64,000 bases of DNA from Lama glama (Eukaryota), in assembly GCA_028534125.1 (NCBI GenBank), contig CM052817.1, positions 82,772,001 through 82,836,000 of the forward strand, read 5' to 3'. The notes under the pieces were generated by a model. That model had not been told where the DNA came from. It was given only the letters and a program-made list of their open reading frames with translations, and made no database searches. The translations under genes were made by a program, and so were the position numbers. Shown here in pieces: positions 53,901-64,000 of the stretch; position 1 is the stretch's first letter, and every line of letters begins with the position of its first letter.

Positions 53901-55039
53901 GATATTTTCGTTGTTGTGAGTTTTGCAACCCTCGATATTCTCATAACTGCCAAACAAAAAACTTTCTCAAAGCCCAAGACTTTTAACCCCCTTCCACATG
54001 ATTAGAATGTGTCTGAGAAGTGACTTGATGAACTGAAATATCATTGTACAGCACATATAGTGTAACTGCAGCTCTCGGAATCCAGATCGAATGGTCCTGG
54101 ATGTACCAAGAGAAATTATCTCTTACTACGAGCATATTGCCTGGTTTCAGACTATTTGGTAAAAGAGACCACCACTTCCCATTGCCACCACACATAACTT
54201 TGAAAAAAATGAGTGCATGTGTATTATAAGAGTATATTAATTACTCTGTTCCATTTCCCAGGACCATGCAGATTTACTTAATGCAGCAGTTGCTATTCCT
54301 ACATTCTATGCTGATACCTCTGGTTCTATATTGACATCTCTGATTATCACTATCCAGTAAATAAAATTTAGCCTGTTCTGCTCAAGTATCTTTTCCCCGC
54401 CTAAGATGTCCAAATCGTAATGTTGCCCCAGCATCAACAGCTTTTAGAGCCTATGTTTAGCCATTAGTTATTTAATATTTTATTATAACACATTAACTAG
54501 AGACAAGTTTCTGTCATTCTCATAGTCAACTCTTGAGCTTTGGAAGAAACTTCACCTTCACCGTCATCCAAGATCACTCTTTTCTCTAATAGTTGTATCA
54601 GGTTCAAGTAGTCTGACTAGGCTTACAGAATACTTTTACACCCTCTCACCTTAGTAAACAAGGATAAATTTAGGGTTACTGAATTTTTTGGCTGCTGTGG
54701 GTACAGCCTCCAGAGAAAATGCTCCAACCTCTCAATCATATTATTTCCTTTCTTAGGGAGAATTTGTGTAAGTTTTTATGTTTTATTCACCACATCTCAC
54801 AACCCTTCACAAGCAGTGTCAACATCTGGGAAGGTGGGATTTCTGGGAGACCATTTCAGATTCTTAACCCTAATTAATAAATACTGAAACCTTAGTGACT
54901 AAAGAAACTTTCAAGTCTTCCTTTTGGCCTCCCTAGGAATACAGTGAGGAGTGTTAATCAGCCTGCACATCACCCCTGAGCTTCACTGATTACTTCCATA
55001 AACATGATCTGAGTTTCTAACACAAAAGCATTTTTCTAA

Positions 55040-56120
55040 TTTCCAGAGATCCAGTGGAAAATCAACAAAACCCCTGCCTTTGAGGCTTAGAGTCTTGAGA
55101 TACAGATAGAAAGTTGGAAACAACACACAAAAAATCTAGTTGTGTTCTATGGTATAAAAAAGTAAAAGTACAGAGTAGGATAGAAAGTTATGCGAGAAGT
55201 TATCACAACAGTTGGTTAGTAAAGGGAACACTTAAGCAAAATCTGGGATGAAATGGAATGTGAACAGTGTTAAGATATAGGGATCACACACGCCGAACAG
55301 AAAGCAGCAAGAACAAAATCCTGAGGTTAAAAAAATTGTAGTTTGAGTAGAAAAGTAATTATAATATAGCAAGGGAATTGAAAAATCATGGTGTGATTAT
55401 AGTAAGAGAGGCATGAGGACCTCATAGGTCAGTTTGCATCATACTCTAAGATATTAAGCTAACTAGAAGTGTGCAGACCAAGGGAGTGTCGTGTTTAGTT
55501 CATGTTTAAAAAAAAATTCCTTTATTGCTCTGAGAAAAACTGTCCATGGAGATCAAGGCTGGAGGCAGACAAATCATAAAAGGTTTTCTTAGAAATCTAG
55601 GAGAGAAATGATAGAGACTAATGTTGCATAATTGAAAATGATTAATGTGGCTATCCTTTGAAGATGTAATATACATTGAAGATAGTGATGGTGACACTTT
55701 GATACATTTCGTATTATTATAATAAAATGAGAGGAAACGAGGATGGTTTCTAGGAATTTTTTCCATAACAAGTGTTGCCACCATTTGCTAAAAACAGAAG
55801 ACTAGAGAAGTAATAGGTTTATCAATGGAGCATACAGAGTTCTGTTTTGGATGTTTTTAGTATTTATTGGACTCAAATGACCAATAAATAGAGATACAGA
55901 ATAGGAAATGAGATATCAGTCTGTAGTTTAGTGGAGTGGTCAGGACTAGAAGGTAAATTTGAGAATCATCAATATACAGATATGATGTAAGGTTTTATCC
56001 ACATTAAAATCATGTGTGTAAATAGAGAATGAAAGAAAGCCAGGGTCAAAACCCTGAAACACTTTAACATTTAGCTGTGAAGAAGGGAAAGGATCAACAA
56101 AGATCAAGAAGTTTCAATCA
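55040..56120 (-). mobile_element. L2 fragment (about 1 kb)
   Basis: cccctgcctttgaggcttagagtct; gagttctgttttggatgtt; ggtcaggactagaaggtaaatttgagaatcatcaatatacaga; aaccctgaaacactttaacattta. Confidence 0.8.
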
Positions 56121-56376
56121 AGGAACTTATCCAGCAAAGCCTACTTTCAAGATAAAACTTAGTTTTTAGAATAGAGTCTCTGGCTTATTTCTAAGATAAA
56201 TTTTGATGATACAGGTCACGAGTCTGTATTTCCCAGAATTCTCACGAAATTACATGGATCCTAAGACTCCCCAGTTGTTGGAATATAAAGGTTGGTACAG
56301 ATCTATAAAAATTATCACAGGGTTAATTACCAGCTGGTTGTAAGCTTTTTAAGGAAAATGTAATTAAAGTAAAATA

Positions 56377-56430
56377 TACATATATTAATCATTAATCATG
56401 TAATACATATATTAATCACTTAATCTTAAG
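56377..56430. repeat. About 27-bp imperfect tandem duplication
   Basis: tacatatattaatcattaatcatgtaa / tacatatattaatcacttaatcttaa. Confidence 0.75.
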
Positions 56431-56466
56431 TGTATATTTTGATAATTACTTATACATATGCACATC

Positions 56467-57185
56467 TGTTATTCTGGCATCGAGTTGTGTGGAACTGACA
56501 CCAACTGGGTGTTCAACAATTCAATTCTGACATCATTCACACCCCACAGGTCAAGAGATCAATCCCATGAGTGCCCCCGCTCCAGGCACCTGTCACAGTG
56601 GGAGGAGAAGGCCGGAGGCACCGGTAATTCTGACCAACTGGCTGTAAGTCAGGAGTTCCCACAAACCCCTACTCTGTTTCCATGATTCCCTGGAATGACT
56701 CATAGAACTCCGAAAAGCACTTCACTTACATGTACTCGTTTATTATGAAGGATACAACTCAGAAGCAGTCAAATGGAAAAGATGCATAGGGCAAGGAATG
56801 AGCTGGTGGGGTAATGCAGAACGGATATGCCCTCTCTGAGTATGTCATCCTAAATGGGTTCCCCAACTCACAAACTCCCTGAGCTTTTGCGGAGGTTTCA
56901 TTATACAGGCATGATTAACTAAAAATCATTACCTATCAGTTATTAACCTCAATTTTAGTCCCCCTCCCCTCCCTGGAGGTGAGGGGATAGGACTGACAGT
57001 TCTGACCAGCTCAGCGAGGCTTAGTCTTGCTGATGAGCAGCCTCCAGCCGGAGGCTGTCTAGGGGCCCCAGGCACCAGTCATATCATTAGCACACAAAAG
57101 AAGCTCACCAAAGAATTCCACGGCTTTTAGGAGCTCTGTGCCTGAAAGGGGAAAAGACCAATTTTTTTTTTATTATTATACCAAA
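56467..57185 (-). mobile_element. MER21-family LTR
   Basis: ctgacaccaactgggtgttcaacaattcaattctgaca; tttattatgaaggatacaactcagaa..caaatggaaaagatgcatagggcaagg; end aattccacggcttttaggagctctgtgcc..aagaccaa..ttattatacca. Confidence 0.88.
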
Positions 57186-57762
57186 ACATACATATGCTCT
57201 TGAAGAAAAACTCAGATTAAAATGTGAAATATTCAGGGGATTTGCTTTCCTGGTGTCTTGATAACTCTTTCAAGCCTGCTTCTCTCGCAGCTCCAACATC
57301 AATCCCAGTGGACCTGTATCAAGGCTTCCCTGACAAAGTCAGTCTGAGATTCTAGTGACAATTCAAAGACTAATTTGTAAGATGTTTGATTTATGGAACA
57401 TCCTATAATATACACTCAATCCCCAAAAGATCTTTAGTTATCTATATGGGGCAGGTCAAAAGAATAGTGAGAGATTTCTGAATCTGAGTTTACCTGTGGT
57501 TAGGAAAAAATACATTCCACATAAGCATCAGAGCAGTGCAAAAGAACACCTGTCAGCCAAAGATTTCAACCTTATCTCCTCATGGCAAATTGTTAACTTA
57601 GACATTTTATATAGTTTTTCAAAGTTTTCTAGAATATTTTTTAAATTTGCCAAGATTTCTCAATTTATAAGATTCTCCAACCACTCTCCATTCGTCTTCA
57701 GAAGAAACTGGGGCTTCAATAATAATCCCTAAGGCATTCTTTCTCTCGAACAGGTCTAACCT

Positions 57763-58135
57763 TATAAAAAAAAATTTTAGTAAGAGAAATCTTAATTAAA
57801 TAAGAATTGGGAGACCAGAAAGGGGGTGCTCTTATGCCCTTTCATGACAGCAGAACCCAACAGGAAGAAGAAAGACTCCCTCTTCATGCCTGACAAGAGT
57901 TCAGCCAGTGAGAGCAGTCATAACTCATCCAGGAAGAGCCATGGACCCTGTTTACACGAGTTCTCCCAACTCCCTTTTCCTCTGTATGAAAGAGTTCTCT
58001 TCATTTTTGCTGAGGACTTGCATGGGGCTTTCCATGGTTGCAGACCCTGAACTGATACTCTGTTTATCCCCAATAAATCCATTTTTGCTGGAGAAATAAC
58101 TGGCAGTCTCTCTTTTTTTTTTTTTTAGGTCAACA
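57763..58135 (+). mobile_element. Solo ERV1-class LTR with 4-bp TSD (ACCT)
   Basis: acct|tataaaa...aataaatccatttttgctggagaaataactggcagtct..ttaggtcaaca|acct; AATAAA near 58072; CA terminus; 5' TA could be a mutated TG. Confidence 0.75.
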
Positions 58136-58309
58136 ACCTAGAGAGGAAAACACTATTTTTAGTCAGTCTTATCTGATAATACTCTCTCCACATACCCCAC
58201 TGTGACTCTTAAGACATTTGAGGATACTAGAATTTGGAGTAAAATGTTTCTATTACTCCTGATCTCTTTTATTCTCTATTACTATAATATTTAATTCTTC
58301 ATTTTCCCC

Positions 58310-58680
58310 CTGATTCATTCTCCCCCTTTTGCTCCTGGCCTGTCCTGTGACATGAGATGAGAAGGCGATATAAACTTAAAGACTACTTCTCTCGTTTCAC
58401 TACTTTTGGACTTCTAGGTGGGTTCAGCCAATGCAAGTTTTGTCAGAGGGTAATAGAGGATAATAGGAGATGAAGTTATGAGGGTTCCCTTTAATGGCCT
58501 GCACTTTCATGTGCTCTAGTAACCTGTTTTCTTGTCACATCATTTTAGTCTTGGTGTAGTAACGGCTTTCCATTGTTTCTGTTTCCTTGGTGTCTCAACA
58601 TTCTTTATTGGGTCCCTTAGCCCTACCCAAACCTCTTTAAATAAGGCTAAACATAACTCCTGTCTCCTGTAAGCCTACAT
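58310..58680. mobile_element. Ancient ERVL LTR (LTR33/LTR41-like)
   Basis: cttctaggtgggttcagccaatg; tagtcttggtgtagtaacggctttccattgttt..gtcccttagccctacccaaacctctttaaata. Confidence 0.6.
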
Positions 58681-60944
58681 TTAATTTTTTCAAATTTCAT
58701 ATACACCAACATAAGAAATGTTTATGGATCCTGAGACTAAGATAAAGTATCCCTCATTAAGAGTTTTTAACATCATTGTTTCTCAGAATGGTCTCTGCAG
58801 AATTATGCCTAAAGGTTCATGGGACCTGCAACTCATTCTGCTTCTCATTCTGAAAATCCACATCCCACACTCCTTAGGAGGAAAAACTTTTCTCCTTCCT
58901 TGTAGCTTCTCTTTTAACTTATCTTTCCTTAGTGTGCTGTATCCTCCCCTTATGGCCCTATTTACTGAGGGCAGTCTCTGGTTGACCCCATGGGAAGCAT
59001 AAAGATAAAGAAAACTGCTTTCAATTAGCCTAACTACTCTGGACAGGATCTCTTAGAACCAACACCCTCTTGCAACACCAACCACCTTTCTGATCTTGAC
59101 AACTGCCTTTGAAAATGTCATTTCTGTATTCAGTTTACCGTTCAAATTTTTCCTCCTTCTCACAAGTTCTACATGCTTGGGTAGGAGTCCCTGGACAACT
59201 AGCAAAGTCTGACTTCTTGTCCAGTTAATGCATTGTACCTTGTGATGATGCCTTTGATTAGCATGTGGACAAAGACCCTGATATCAATTTCATAATTGCT
59301 TATAATAAGAGCAAAGGATTACGTAATTATTTTTCTGTAAACTCGGCATATTCAGTTATGAATTAAACTGTCATTTTGTTTCTTGTTGTAAGGAAGAGGG
59401 CATATAAACTGTTTTGTTCTTAAGTAGTTTTAGTTCAGCATTTTTCCATGGTAAGTAAAAGAGATCAAAGATTCTTTTATTGTAGAAATAAACACAAACT
59501 TAGTGCTTGCAAGATGTGGTATGCCTAAGCTTTCACATTATTTAGATAATGATTTATTTGACCGACACATTTGGAGGCTGGGGTTGCCTGGGACTGTTAT
59601 GGACATAAACGGATAGAGGGAGAGGAATTGTGGCTGTTCTTATCTGCATAGAAGCTCAGTATGACTGAATCTTTTTGCTGCATTTTATCACGAGATTTCA
59701 TTTGAATAATAAATATAAATGAGTGAAAAATATGTTTTCAATATAACCCCTAGGCTGCTTCTATTAAAATTCAATTAGATCATTAGTAATGTACCCAAGA
59801 ACTCATGACAACATTTTCTTTCCTATTGCACTTCTAAAACACATTCTTGTTGAGTAAAAAAAAAAAAAAGTGTTCTATGTAACTGAAACAGACATTTCTT
59901 CAATATCAAAAAATAAGCCAGACTCAATATGAGGGGAAAGAGTACAGAGAGCTACAGTGTAAATTGTAACTAACAAATGAATAAAACGTTCAGCAACACA
60001 GGGTCTGTTAGCTTTCTTTGTCAAAATTCTTCAGGATGTGTGTCCACACAAATTGAATCTGAATTTCCAGTTCAAAAGAGGTAGTGCAAGAAGATTCCAG
60101 CCAGGGCATATGGGACCCAGATAAGTAAAAGACGGTGTTGAGCCAACACTGGACCTAATTTCAATGATTCCATGAGTCAAGATTTTATTATTTCCAATCT
60201 TCTTTTGATTATTGTTTTCAAAGAAATCTGAAAGACACCTGGCTACTTACGTTTATGACATGGGTATGGATTCACTTTTGCTAATTCATGCAGTACGCAA
60301 CAGTGTTCTATGCACAGGGTACTCATCAGAGAAGAGAATAGTTTTAGAACTTTTCACTAGGGCAAGAATTTTGCCTCAGCAACTGTACTCGTAATGAATG
60401 ACTCTTAGGAGGTGGCATACACTTGTGGTTAAATAACATTTCATTTTTCTCTATGGATTGATGTCTTACAAGATTGGCATTTTTTAAGAACACAAAGTAC
60501 ATTATTTGTTCTGGAGAAAAATAATCACTGCATATTCATGCTAAAACAAACTAATAATTTTTCAACCATTCATGTTTCTCCACATAATTGTTCTGCAGAT
60601 CACCTTAGAACAAGAGACACTAGAGGCAGTAAAGGAGCTGGTGAAATTTAAGCTCCATCCCCAAGCAGTCAGCCAACCACGCCCTGGAGAGGGTCTTGGG
60701 GTTACCTTTAAAAGCTGTGTGTGAGGACGCCTTTGGGAACCCTTTAAGCAACCTGACATTGCACTAGCTTTTATTTATTCATTTTCCAAGATCTTGTGGA
60801 TCTCATCTTAATATACTTTCCATGGTTAGAAGAGGCAGCAGAACCAGAATTCTGGGTCTGTTGCTTATTATGTCCTATTGATCTCCAAATATGTTAAGAA
60901 TTTATCCTATTAATTTTTCTAGCTGTAACCTAGGTTTAGTAACG

Positions 60945-61152
60945 CTGGCTAACATTTGCTGAAGCACTCACTATGTGTCAGGCTCTGTTATAAAATGCTT
61001 ATTTAACCCTCAAAACAATTCTAGGAGATTACTGCTATTATTATATACATTTTATAAGTAAGAAAATTGAAGGTGTAGAAAGGTTCTTGACCAGTAAGTG
61101 TACGGCCAGGACTCACAATCAGGTGTCTTGTCCAAGACTGTTAACCACTACC
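60945..61152 (-). mobile_element. MIR SINE
   Basis: gctaacatttgctgaagcactcactatgtgtcaggctctgtt..tttaaccctcaaaacaattcta..cattttataagtaagaaaattgaagg..ttaaccactac. Confidence 0.85.
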
Positions 61153-61769
61153 ATCTGTAATTACGTAAGTTTCTGTACAAATAAAACTATTATATCTAAA
61201 ATTTTCTGGGATGTTCAAATAAAAAATGAAAATAAAAGTTTTATTATTTATTTCCAACATAACATGACTCATTTCTTTTAGTCTTTTTTTTTTTTTATAG
61301 CGCACAGTTCCAGATGGGAAAGTATGCGTTACACTGTACCAACATATTCAGAAATACAGTAAGTAGAATTATTTAGCCACATTATATTCAGAAAAGACTA
61401 AAGCATGTATGGGCCAAGAATTTCCCTTCATACAGCTTGGTTCTTACTAGCTTTTGCAAGCTGTCTTGTCCATTGAAAAAGTATCTGTGAATAGTGCATT
61501 GTGAATAGAAAATATTTTTGCAGATGTTCAGTGGTATTCATAAGTTCCTGCAAACACCCGCAAACACCCACAAATTTTCCCCTGAGTCTTGGCTAATTTT
61601 CACTTCATAGATCTGTGAAATATTTTAAAATAAAAGAAGCATGTCAGGAAATCTTCAGTTGTCTGGCTCCTGCTTTCTTGGCTCCTGATATTTTATTTCT
61701 TACCCCATTTTGCTGTATTTTTCTGTGCAAGAAATATGTATACATTCGATCAACTTATTCAAGTCAAAA

Positions 61770-62130
61770 GAATTTTAGAGAGAACATCCTTAAATTCTTC
61801 ATCTATGCTATCTGCCATTAACATTTTACTAATTTGTTTCATCACATATTTCTTCATCTGTCCATTCACCCATCAATCTTAGTTTTTGATGCTATGTAAA
61901 CTGAAGGTCTTTTCCAGGTATGTAAACTGCAGGTATATGCAGCTTGTCTCTAAATATTTCAGCATGCATATTGTCAACTATAATTCCATACTACGCATAA
62001 AATTTTCATTTTACATAAAACTTACATCCAATAAATGCAGAAATCTGAATTGTACATTTGCTTAAGTTTTGACAGTACGTACATTCCAAAATTCTACAAG
62101 GTAGAGTCATTACCATCACTCTACATTCAG
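61770..62130 (-). mobile_element. L1ME-type 3' end fragments
   Basis: cattaacattttactaatttgtttcatc; ctaaatatttcagcatgcat; aaacttacatccaataaatgcagaaatctgaattgtaca..agttttgaca. Confidence 0.55.
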
Positions 62131-62329
62131 TATTTTAAAAATAATTTTAACTCATATTCTTTTCTGTCTTATAGGGCCTATTACTAATAACCCTTAAAAT
62201 AATTTATGATCCTTTTTTGTCAGCTTTAGAATATTGTGCCTAACCAAGTTGAGAATTATCAACATTCAATTGTTTCTCACACAGAAAGTTATTCAAAGAA
62301 ATATGAAGCCTCAATTTATTGTTTGGGGG

Positions 62330-64000
62330 AAGTTTCCAGATTACAGAAGAGAAAGGGAGTATCCAAGTGCTGCCCAGTGGTCTCTCCAGTCAGAGGAAAA
62401 CGAGATCAGAGGCGTGACGATCGTGACTAGGATTTGTGTTGCAAGAGAGTGGGGGACAACAGAGACAGCGAGAGTTCCAGGAATCTGCAGAGGGGTCCCC
62501 TTTCCCCTTGAGCATTTGGTGGAGTACTCACTTACATACACCTGATAGAAAAATATCCAAAGTACCACTGGGGGAAAAAAGCTGAATAAGGAGTTCAGTA
62601 GGGTAGAGAATAACTTGTTTCCCTGACAGTCAGAACAGAAAGATTTTCCAATACATGAGGCATGAGGCAGAGTTCTCAAAAGGGCATCACCTTAACAGCC
62701 CAGCCAAGTCTGCCTCAGACTAAAGGTGGTTCTAAGCTCATCTTAAAGATGACAGACAAGTCATGAAAGGGTCAAACTGATTTCAAGTAACTTAACTGCA
62801 TTCCAGAAAAAAATCTAAAATTATGTAAAGAAATAAATAAAATCCAGTACCCAATATCTTAAATTTACAGTGTTTGCCATGCAATTAAAAATTACCATTC
62901 TTGTACAGAAACGTAATCCAGAGGAAGACGACTCAACCAATTAAAACAAAACCAGAAATGACAAAGATGATGGAAACAGGAGGAAAAGGCATTAAAACAG
63001 CTATTATAAATTTGTTCCATATGATCAAAAAGGACAAAGAAATTCTGAACATACTAATAAAAGAAATGAAATATATAAAAAGAGCCCAAATAAAACTTAT
63101 GGAGATGAAAAATACAGCATGTGAAGAATATACTGGATGTGATTAAGAGCAAATTAGACATTGCAGAAAGAAAGACTGGTGAACTTAGAGACATTGCCAT
63201 TGCAACTAATCAAAATAATGCCCAGAGAGGATAAAGAGGTTGACTAGAATATGAACAGTTTATCAGGGACCAATGGGCTATTATCAACTGTAATAAAATT
63301 AATACTTGTAACTGAATTTCTAGAACAAGAGTGCAATTGAAAAACATTTGAAGAAATGAAGACCAAAAGTTTAATAATTTGAGGAAAAATTTAAACCTGT
63401 ACTTTCAAATAGCATAACAAAATCCAAGTGGAATACTCTTAAATGAAACAACTCTTGAGTCCTATCACAGTGAAATCACCCAAAACCAAAGATACAGATA
63501 TACCTGTAGAGCAACAGAATAAAGACATACTGTGTATATAGGAAAACAGGTTAAAAAAAAACAGGAGACTTTTGCTGGGGAAAAAAAGCCACATCTTTAA
63601 ATAACTGAAAGGAAAAAACTATCAAATTATAAATCTGTGCTCAGCAGAAAAGCAAATCATTCAAAAACCAAGGTTAGATAAATACTCCCAGAAAAACAAT
63701 AGTTGAGAGAACTTATGTACAGTAGGCTTTATAAAAAAAGAGATGTTAAAGAAGTTACTTACGTAGAAGGAATATAATGTCAGGCGAAAACTTGGACTTT
63801 CTCAAAGGAATGAAGACCACCAGAAAGGGTAAATATATAGGTACGTATAGAAGAGAAGAATTCCCATATGTTTAAATCTATGTAAAGATAATGTAGTTTA
63901 GTGTAAAATTAAAAGTTAATTGGGTAGCTTTTAACATATGAGATGCAAAATGTCTGACAACAGTACAAAGGACAGGAAAGGAGAAAAGGATCCAGGTGTT
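62330..64000 (+). mobile_element. Ancient L1 (L1MC/L1ME-type) 5' region and ORF1, degenerate, continuing past window end
   Basis: ORF 62901-63146 ..IKTKPEMTKMMET..IKTAIINLFHM..QIKLMEMKN is ORF1p-like; agcaaattagacattgcagaaagaaagactggtgaactt; aaaggaatgaagaccaccagaaagggtaaatatat ORF1 end. Confidence 0.85.

Noticed and set aside
59400..59456. TATA-like catataaa followed by ccATG|gtaagt
   Set aside because: Spacing leaves only a tiny first exon, and both motifs are common in AT-rich DNA.
1..64000. CRISPR arrays, prokaryotic operons, tRNA/rRNA/snRNA genes, NUMTs, non-retroviral endogenous viral genes
   Set aside because: No repeat-spacer periodicity, no long non-L1 ORFs and no recognisable structural RNA, mitochondrial or viral motifs by eye. 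A highly decayed copy could be missed without cmscan or tBLASTx.

Overview
AT-rich, gene-poor placental-mammal genomic DNA (intergenic or deep intronic) with a 500-N assembly gap at 13088-13587. Much of it is decayed transposable elements. These include one near-full-length LINE-1 (about 7280-13087), several other L1 pieces of different ages, many L2 and MIR fossils, ERVL/MaLR/ERV1 LTRs, and Tigger1 and MER117-like DNA transposon remnants. I recognise no intact host protein-coding gene, RNA gene, CRISPR array or prokaryotic/viral system. The listed ORFs are L1-derived, antisense to L1, gap artefacts or likely chance. The L1 ORF1/5'UTR style looks cetartiodactyl, and I see no young tRNA-SINEs, which tentatively suggests a camelid. 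The most interesting signals are: an orphan GC-rich, apparently CpG-decayed insert joined to a T-tract and an L1 3' tail (about 50250-50665); an L1 5'UTR inversion bracketed by a perfect 21-bp inverted duplication (47941-48310); a perfect 26-bp-arm hairpin with an adjacent tandem duplication (144-257); and a CpG-retaining candidate minus-strand exon (about 18063-18300). Repeat family names come from my recall of consensus sequences, not from a search, and boundaries are approximate unless stated as exact.
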